Below, one piece after another: positions 54,701 through 64,000 of a DNA stretch of 64,000 nucleotides. Source of the DNA: Adineta vaga. Taxonomy: Eukaryota; Animalia; Rotifera. Positions within the stretch are counted from its first letter, which is position 1. Each line of letters starts with the position of its first letter. The notes beneath the pieces are model-generated. The model was not told where the DNA came from. It saw only the letters and a program-made list of their open reading frames with translations, and searched no databases. The translations under genes and the position numbers were made by a program. Where the stretch lies: assembly GCA_021613535.1 (NCBI GenBank), contig CP075496.1:5952001-6016000 (forward strand). Direction: 5' to 3'.

Positions 54701-57036
54701 TGATTTTTCTCTTTGTCATATCTAATGAGAAAAATCAATCGAGAAGAAAATAATCAATGTCTACATACTAGAAGTAATAGAAAAAAGAGCAATTGTACAT
54801 TTATCTTAATCGTTTTTAGTACATAGAATTTTTAATTTTCTTATCAATTCATATACGATAAAAATCGAAATGAAACAATAAAAAGATCAACTAATCTTTA
54901 CATATGAATTCTCAGGAGTCGTTTGTTTTTGGTTTAATTCATGAACATATCTGATAATTGATGAAATTTAATACTCTTCAAATCATTGTTCTATTCTATA
55001 TAGAATCAAAGATCTACATTAATAGATTACTCATATATTGTCATGAACTTTTCCATTTTTTGTCTTTCAATTAGGTTTATCAAATTGTATAACATCAAAA
55101 GGTACAAGCAGTAATGGTAGTAGTCATCTAGGTGTATGTCATAGTGACAAAACTGAATATCCATTTTATTATTCAATTCAACAAGATACAACATCAACAA
55201 GATCATGTGCATCACAGAATAATTCAGTTTCATTAACAAATTTCGATTCCGGACTAGAGAAAGAGAAATTATTATTATTTAATGATTCACCATTAAATCG
55301 ACAGCTTTACGCAACAAAATCTTCAATACATCCTGTTACATTAAGTACAACTAGTTACACATCCAATCATATTAAATATCCATCATTAGCAAGTCAATCG
55401 ATTTCAAATGAAAATCATTTAAATTTAATCTATGAAAATATTCTTCAATCTCTTCCAGAACATACAGATTTACGTTATTTTGCTGTGTCAATTCTTAATA
55501 ATAAAGGTTGTCGATTAGAAATTCCGAATACAGGTGTTTCATTAATTATTCCTGAAGATGCTGTTTTACTCGAAGATGATCATTTAGTATTTATTGCTTT
55601 GATTAATATTGAAAATCAAATGCCTATATTAAATAATGGACAAACACGTTTATCACCTGTTATATTAGTTGGTCCATCAGAAATTACATTATTAAAACCA
55701 GCCGTTCTTTCATTTGAACATACAGCTGTATTAGAATCATCTTGGAAATTAAGTTTAATGTTTAGTGATGATATTTTCAATTGGAGATCCATTCTTACTT
55801 ATGGACAAGAAAATATCTCTACACCGGTTTATTTACAATTCAATAATCAACAACAAACATCCATACTTGTAAGTCAATTCATAGAAAATTTAACTTTTCT
55901 AATTGCACCTTTCTTTTGTTCATCAATAGTTCGAAACGATGGGTGCATATGCATTGATCGGTGAATCGATTTCCAAACATCATCATGCATCAAAATATAT
56001 TCAAATGGTTCCATTTTATAATCGTTCATCAACAGATGCAACATCGAATGAAATTGTTTCTACATTACGTTTACGTTTTCTTGATGCCACAACGGATGCA
56101 TTAGAACGTTGTCTAACAGAAGAATTTGCACTACAAAATTATTTATGTGATCAACCAAAAGAATTTATTTTACATGATTATGAAGATCAAATATGCATTA
56201 ACGTCGATTTAGAATTATCATCAACATCAAGAATTAATATTGGATATAAAGAAATCCCATTAAAAACATTTTGGTCAACAAGATTTGATCGATCATGTTT
56301 TATTTTTATTATACCTAATTTACAACTCAATAATGAACATTCATCAACATCATTTATCGATCATTTAGCGATGCATGTCGATGTTTATCAACCGACTATA
56401 TTAGATAGTGCATTGCATACACGTTTGTGCATTAATACACATAATGTAAGTAAAAGATCATCAATGAAGCATTTCGTTTCTTAAGATAATAAAATTGATA
56501 CATATCTTAGTTTTGAATTGCTGAGAGATAGATAAACATCATTGAATGACTTACAGTTGAAAAAAGAAAATTTCATTTTAGTTTCTACACAATTCGGGAT
56601 ACAATACATCGTCCATACGTCAGCGTCTACCTGTCAAAACAAATAAAGAAATATCAAAGTAATAGGAAAACAAAGATTGTCTTTCTCGATTTGAATATAA
56701 CATCTTTTATTTTCATTTTAAAGATTATCATCGATTGTTCGTCAAAAACTTTGTATAGTATTAGATCCACCTAATTCACTTGGAAATGATTGGCGAATGT
56801 TTGCAAATAATCTTCTTGGAATAAAGTAAGTTCAATGAATCATTATGGAAGAAGAAAACAACTTCATTTCTATCATTTATTCGTTTAGCTATCTTCAATA
56901 TTTTGCAACAAAATCGAGTCCAACCGAACATTTATTAACATTATGGGAAGCACGACAAGAATCACTTGTTAATCTGATCAATGTACTCAATCAAATTGGT
57001 CGAAGTGATGCAGCTACAATACTTCTCCAACATTAA
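51767..57036 (+). CDS. UNC5: Netrin receptor UNC5 (signal-peptide exon not located)
   Basis: Ig1 (QIFFNCDNKWV, CFCQAWS), Ig2 (LRCRPPSG, DAGNYTCVATN), three TSP1 exons, TM, ZU5 (LEIPNTGVSLIIP, LSPVILVGP, VLSFEH), UPA and death domain (LDPPNSLGNDWR, FATKSSPTEHLLTLWEAR). Confidence 0.93.
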
Positions 57037-57290
57037 TACGACGATTTCAATGATGACAGCGATATTTTTTTCTTTATATCTTTTTAGTCTTGTGACAATT
57101 TTTCTTTGCTTGTATTTTTCTACGCAAGATAAACATATTATGTGTTTTTTTTCTCGTTGTTGCTCTTTTTTTTCTTCTCTTCATTTCAGTAATAAAAAGA
57201 AAAACGACAAATAAAGAAAGTTCAAAACTAAACTACGAAAGAAAAACAAAAAATGAAAAATTTTTGTATATCTGATACTAAAAATCTAAT

Positions 57291-60200
57291 CTAATACGTC
57301 GTTGTATTTGTTGTGGAATTTTCTAATTCATGAAGACGATTTTTTAAATTCGATAAATTCGTTTTATATTTGGAATTACATTTATCTAATTCCTGAGCAT
57401 GTTGTGAGAAGATATTTTGAATCTGTTCACGTAACATGGAATTATCATTTGTATCAATCGAAGGAGAAATACGATTATCACCAAACATTGTATCACTAAA
57501 GAATCTACAAGCAAGATCATGTTCATTATTAATAGGAAACGATTTTCAAATCAAATCTCACATACCCTGAATCATCCGATGCTTTTCCATGAGATTTTCT
57601 TTTCATTTCAGCATCAAGATCTTTGATTTGTTTTCGGAAAAACATTTCCTGTTCATGTAATTTCAATTCTAATTCTTTCAATGTTTCATGATATTGTGGA
57701 CGTAACACAGCTTTACGATTTTCATAGATTTGTAACCAATGTCGTAGTTTATCAAGTTCAACTTGCATGGAATTACGAACAGTTTCAGCATTTGTTTCTT
57801 GATTTTGTATTTTATATTGCATTTGAAGAAGTTCATCTTTAGCCCTGCGAAAATATCGTATTCAATAGTTTCAATTCGATCATATTATTACTTACATGAT
57901 TAATTGCATATTCAATGCACGTAATTCTTGTTCTTTCTCATCGAGAGCTGCTGTTAATCGTTGAATTTTCATGTCATAATATGTTACATTTTCTTGTCTT
58001 TAGAAAAGAAAGAAAAGATGAGATTAGAAAGAAAAAGAAAAAGTATTTACTGATGTCGTTGGTCAATGATTGGAAAACTGGTTGATGGATCTGATTTGAA
58101 ATTGCGATGATTTTCATATGGTGGCGTATTCTATATAGACAAATTCGATATTAGGAAACAAAGAAGAAAAATTTTCAATTACTTTCATAATATTTTTTGT
58201 ATAAGCAACCATTGTATTTAATTCATTTAGTGTTCGATTACGTTCTTCAATATTATGATTAATTCGATCTAAATCTTGTTCACTACATCGAATTCGTTGT
58301 CTTAAATCGTGATTATGACGATCGAAATCCATTTCATTTGTTGAATGTCCAAGTTCAATTCGTTTCTTTTCTATTTTTTCTTTCATTTCAGTCACTTCTT
58401 CCAAACAACGTGTTTTCTCGGATTTTAATTTAATAACTTCATCTTCTAAACTTTTACATACAGTTAATTTTTCATCAATCTGTGAAATAAGTCCAGGAAG
58501 ACTACTCTGTTCTTTTTCTTTACATGCATTGTGTAAAGCTTCACATTTTTTGGCTAATAAATCACATGCTTCATCTAATTGTTCTTTTTCATCTAGGAAT
58601 GTTTTGATTTGTTCACGTAATTGAACGGATTCTTTTTTCATTTCACTAAGAATTTGACGATCAGCTTCGATATTATGCTGTAATTGATCATGTTCAGCTA
58701 GAGCATCTTTATATTGTTTCTTCAAACGTTGTTGTTCAGTAGCTAATTGTTCCCATTCTTTTTGAGCATGTTTTTCTTGAGCTTGACGACGTTCAATAAG
58801 ACGTTCAAGTTCAGATAATTTATTAGATTTCAATTCTTTAACACGTTCTAATTCTTCCAAAACATTCTTATCCTATTTTATCAAAGAAAACAATAATAGA
58901 ATGATTTTGAAGTGAAGTTAGAGAAATGAATTTCAAACTTGAGAGTTATTATTGAACATAGAGTGACATAATACAATTAGTTTATTTTCTTACTTGTAGA
59001 AGTTCTTGAGCATTTTTTCGTAATTGTTCATTGTAAGCATCTAATTCTGATCTAACAGTTGTGAGCATTGTTTCATTTTCTGTTACTTCAGTTTTCAATA
59101 TATTTGATTTCTGTTTTTGTTGTTGTATCATGGCATGATAACGTGAAAGAATACGACTGTTCTCCGAGATTAAATGTGAAATTTGTCGTTGCATTTCGTC
59201 CGAAGATATATTTGATGATTGTTGCGATGTTTGCAATGATGGTGATGGTAATGAATTAAAACGTAATTCATCTTCCGTTGTAATATCAGTAGCTGTTGTT
59301 AAATCTTGTAAACATTTCATTGATGCATGAAGAAGAGAATTGAATGAATGAAATGATGCATGAAGTTGTTCATCAAGAACAATTGCTAATGCACGTTTTT
59401 CATCAATGATCTAGTTGTAAAAGAAAAACTTGTTTTTATTTACATTTAATTGAAATGTAAAAAAAGAAACCTTGTCTAATTTTGTTTGTTCTTTTGCCAT
59501 TAATTGAAAATTGTTCGATGCTTTTGAAAATGATTCTTCTACTTGTTTAGTATCATTAGTTAATGCATATAATTTTCGTGTTAATAAATCGATTTTCTGT
59601 TCAAGACCTTTTGTTTCACGTTTAGCAATCGTTTGACGTTGACGAGCAGTTTTTAAATCATGAACAACCTGAGATATCACAAAACGAAACCAGTAATCGA
59701 ATGAATAGAAATGAAAATACTATTTTCTTTTTTCATTTACTTACATTCTGAGACAATGCCGTCATTTCTCTTAACTGTTCATTTGCAACTGCAATTTCAC
59801 GTTGTCTTCGGAGAAGTTGTTGTTCCAAGACATAAATATCATCCTAAATAAAAATTTCAAATTAAGTTTGTAAATGCATCATTTGCAAGAACTTTTCACT
59901 TGAAGATTTTCTTTATCAGTTAAATCAGCAATAGATCGTGATCGTTTATGAGTTGATGCTAAATCTAAACCATCCATTTTCATTGATCTTTTCATTAATC
60001 GACGATTTTCATGTCTTAAATCTGTTAATTCTCTTCGTTGATGTTCAAGGCGTGTTTCCAAATCAGCAATGATTTGTTCTAAATCAGCATGTCGAGGAAC
60101 TGTACATATCCAATGATTATCGCCTGATATTGGTATTAATTTGCCTGGATTAATTCGTGATGATTCATCTGTTAGACGTAAAAGTGATGGACTTAAATGT

Positions 60201-63200
60201 TCATGAACATTTCGTTGTATTTGTTGAACTTGTTGAGAAAGATCAAGTAGATTTGCTTCACTTCCACGACCACTATTGATCATATCTCGATGAATCGTTT
60301 TTACACGTTCAATTTCTAAATAAGAAATCTTATTATCGATAGAATACGTCATAAAAATGATTTACCTCGTATTTGTTGTTCTAATGAATTTTTCAAATCA
60401 TGTAATTGATGGTCATGTGGAAGATCATCTTCACGATGTTGAAGTTTCAATCTAAGATAATCGAGTTCATCTGATGTTCGATCAATTTCACGACGAATTA
60501 AATTCGAATCTGTCGTTGGACTTTGTTCTACTTCAGGAAATTTTAAACTACGAATTTTAACAGAAACAGGAGAGACATTTTCAGATTTGGATACTGTATC
60601 TTGACGAAGTATAACTGGTCCTTGTAAACGTATTTCATCACGCGATAATCGTGATGATGTTGATGGACGATTCGATGAAAGTGCATCAGGTGGAATATTG
60701 ACACATGCAAAATATTGAGAATCTGTATGTGTTAATGAATGGGATGGAGATCCATTTGTATAGAATGGTAATGTTTCTTGTGGAACAGTAACTGAATGCG
60801 GTCCAAGAACGTAACCATCAGGTGTTGGATATAATGTAACATTACCAACTTTAGATGAATCATAAAAACGTTGCTGCTGTTGTTGTTGTTGTTGTTGTTG
60901 ATGATGATGATGATGATGATTATTATTTGCTGTAACAATACCAACTGTATATTCACGATTGAATTGTTCAGGATCAATAAAACACTTATTGTAACAAGAA
61001 AAAGGTTGGGTAGAAAGAAGAGATTGTAATTTGGCATTGGTAGTCTTTGTTTCACGTCCAGTTTGTTGACTTGAATAACCTGAATCATTTACCGTTATAC
61101 GTGCAAGATCACCTAAACCAGAAATATTGGCTTGACCAGCTTTCATATACCCATGAAGACGATAGAGTAGATCATTTTCATCTTCATCTATTCGAGAAAG
61201 AAAAAGATAATGTTTACAAAATGCTTATTGCATAGTTATTTGTTTATTTATATAGCATAAACATAGCAGCAGTAAAAACTAACATTCAACAGTTTTGAAT
61301 CCTTAGAAATTATAATTGATCTTTTACCTGTATTTTCATTAGTTATATTCGACATTGACTGTATAAAAAAAAGTATAAATTAGTTTCTATATATATTAAT
61401 ACTGACAACGAACACTTCATTTAATTGTAAACTAGTTACAACGGTAGATAATATTCAAGATTTCTAAATCTCTATCAAAAGTATTTGAAAGACTCTCTTT
61501 TAAGTATATTATATTTATGAACTAATTTCTTTATTCAACTTACCTTCTGGATTCGATCCGGAATCAAGTTTTGTCATCGATTGATGTGTTTTATCAATTG
61601 ATGATGATGATACATTTGATAACGAATTTTTATTCGTTCGTCGTTTTGATATTGGTGGTAAATTTGAACGAGATATTCCTATTTCTTTAGTCGGTTGATC
61701 AATAAGTACGGATTCATCATTAATATCTTTGAGTTGTTCTTCAAGTTGACGTCGGAGTGCATTCGAATCTGAACTTTCATTTTCTTCCATTAATAATGAA
61801 CGATCACGTGGTGTCGAAGCAAAAAATGGATCATCTTTATGATAAACTGTCGTTTCACCATCCAATCGGGATTCTTCATCTATATCATCATTATCATCGT
61901 TGCTTTCTTTTGTAAATGTTGCATTTTTATTAAATTTTGTTGATAGTTTACCTTGTTGTGGAATAATTTTCTTATAAATATCTCGTAATGCATCACGATT
62001 TTTTTCTTCATCAGTTTTACGTCTTCGTTCACAACTTAATTCACGTTTTAATTGTTCAATCATCGTTTCAGATTTCGTAATAATATCTCGTGTAAATCGT
62101 TGTTCATCTTCTAAATGTTTTAAAATTCGTTGTTTTTCTCGTTCAGCCATGTCTTCAATATGTTGAATACGTTCATGCGCTTGATTTTGTTCACGTTCTA
62201 AAGCTGTTTTCAATTCAATAATTTTATTTTGTGTTTCTTGTTCACTTATTTCTTTTGCACGAAGTTGTTCAACATTTGTTGCTAATGCAAGTTCAAGTAA
62301 TTCTATCCGTGTTGATAGACCTAAAATTTAGTATAAAAACATTTCTTTCACCTCAACAATTTTACACAATCATAGTCTCGAAATGTTCGATTACGTATCC
62401 CTCTAACCTTGATTTACTAAACAACTGTACTTTTTTTTTCGCTTTGTTCTATTGTCTACTAACAATCTTTTGCATTGTAAAAGAATAACCCTTGTAATTG
62501 AACTTTTGCTACTGATGTGTGAAAAGGGAGGAAAAAGAAAGAAATGAAACAGGAGGCATCATTGTAGTATGATGAGATAAGAAAGAATAAAATCGAATTA
62601 GATTGTATGATTAAATAATACATTTTCAATGAAATAATGCCATTGACATTGTATGTACATCGAAATGAGAAAAAGAAAGAGTGACTACCATTTATTCTCA
62701 ATGTTTGTTAAGCATAGAAACAAAACGCAATCACCAACGGATGTTTTTAATATAAACAGAGAATGAACAGCACATTGAAGAGTAGAAGTTTATTTTCATA
62801 CCTGATGGTGGAGTTCCTTGAGAAGATGATGGTTGTTCAAAAAATGTTTCACCGTTGCTAAGATTATTTAATTGTGATTTATTCGTTGATTCTGCTTTCG
62901 GTTTAATAACATGTTGTCGAACACCTTCATCAAGTTTTAATTCAATTGTCACTTGTTCCAAATCAGAATCTAATCCATTTCCTTGATCTGTTCGTAGATC
63001 ATGAAGTACAAGTTTTAATTCTTGAACACCACTAATTCTATTCATCATTTCACTTTGTAAATTATTCAGATCATCGGAAAGATGCTTGAAAGAAAGTTAA
63101 AATTAGGATTACAAAAACGTTTCATGTGTGATAAAAAGATCTTTACTTCTATCGTTGCATGAGATTCATTTTGTTGTGTTGCAGTTTGTAAACATTCTCT

Positions 63201-64000
63201 AATTTGTTGTTGTTCTGCTTGCATAGATGTTAATTCACTAATACTCAGAGCGAGTTTTAGCAGTTTTTCGTTGTAAAGTTTTTCATCTTCTATTTAGTTT
63301 TACGAAAGAAAAATATAGATTTAGACAAAAGAGATTTTACGACATACCAGCACGATGAAATTTTCCATCAGGAGCGCTACCTAATATTCGTTGAACATCA
63401 TTTGTTTGCCAATGAATAGTACTGTTTAAAAAAAATGAAGATCTTTATGCGAATGAAATTCTCATTCGATTACCTGGCAGATCGTTGTTGAAAAGATGAT
63501 TTAGTATTTTCTTCTTCATTTTCGAGAAATTGACTAAATGTGAAAGGACTATCATCATTAGTCCTTTCATCAAGACTATTTCTTCGATTCAAATGTCTTG
63601 AGAGATCTAAAGACAACAACGAAGAGATAGAATATGTTATTTAAACGAAAGAATTTTCTATTACTAAGTCGATCAAATTTTAAATCAATTTTATAGAAAG
63701 CTAATTCTTGCTCAAGTTTAAATTGTTTTTCACATGATTGATGCAGTAATGTTGTTTTACGTTGAAGAAGTTCTTCATTGGTTGATAGCCGTTCTTGTAA
63801 TTCCTAGAAAAGTTCCATCGAATGAAATTTAATATTTGAATTGAAATGATTAGAAATTCAATAAGTAGAAATCATTAAAATCAAGAAATAGAAATAATCA
63901 ATGTTCAATATGATTTTTAATTATATCAAGTACCACATTTATCTAATGAAATCATAATCTATGCAATATAAATTACCAAGCGTCTTTTGTTTATTAAAGC
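57291..64000 (-). CDS. CNTRL: Centriolin (CEP110)-like coiled-coil protein, 5' part outside window
   Basis: SCEKQFKLEQELAFYKIDLKFD (~63665-63740) and HWICTVPRHADLE (~60080-60118) match remembered centriolin motifs (LEQELAFYKIDAKF; CNVPEHHNLE). Long coiled coils throughout. Confidence 0.8.
60871..60921 (-). repeat. Coding trinucleotide repeat giving a poly-His/poly-Gln tract in centriolin
   Basis: (CAT)n(CAA/CAG)n translates HHHHHHQQQQQQQQQQ in ORF 60349-61146. Confidence 0.85.

Noticed and set aside
1-64000. tRNA, rRNA, CRISPR arrays, SL RNA gene, autonomous transposase/RT, bacterial-type horizontally transferred genes
   Set aside because: None recognised by eye; all identified genes are typical metazoan genes. 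A covariance-model search would be needed to exclude small RNAs.

Overview
This is AT-rich, gene-dense animal DNA with many ~50-60 nt GT-AG introns. Composition, intron size and gene content suggest a bdelloid rotifer (inference only). The ORF track mostly shows exon fragments, so gene models were spliced by eye. Gene order: partial single-pass receptor with a probable KIM motif (-), FGFR1OP2/SIKE (-), WDPCP (+), CLEC16A (-) with a nested antisense intronless LRR-TM gene (+), RPL17 (-), PLA2G15/LCAT (+), SH2-tailed myosin (+), SCaMC carrier (+), voltage-sensing phosphatase (+), ATP23 (-), CPSF1 (-), ALG12 (-), ISY1 (-), a palindromic non-autonomous transposon relic, a Ly6/three-finger GPI protein (+), ~8 kb of non-coding DNA, UNC5 (+) and a 5'-truncated centriolin (-). 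The most notable observations are: (1) operon-like co-oriented gene pairs with 146-270 bp gaps, where a poly(A)-like signal is followed by an apparently unpaired splice acceptor (candidate polycistrons resolved by SL trans-splicing); (2) a nested LRR gene whose last codons are the antisense of the host splice donor and exon; (3) an ATP23 lacking its HEXXH motif; (4) a clear U12-type intron in ALG12; (5) a recurrent CTCF-like 10-mer near gene 5' ends; (6) UNC5 with three TSP1 exons; (7) a VSP with an altered, extended S4. No homology searches were run; family calls rest on remembered motifs.
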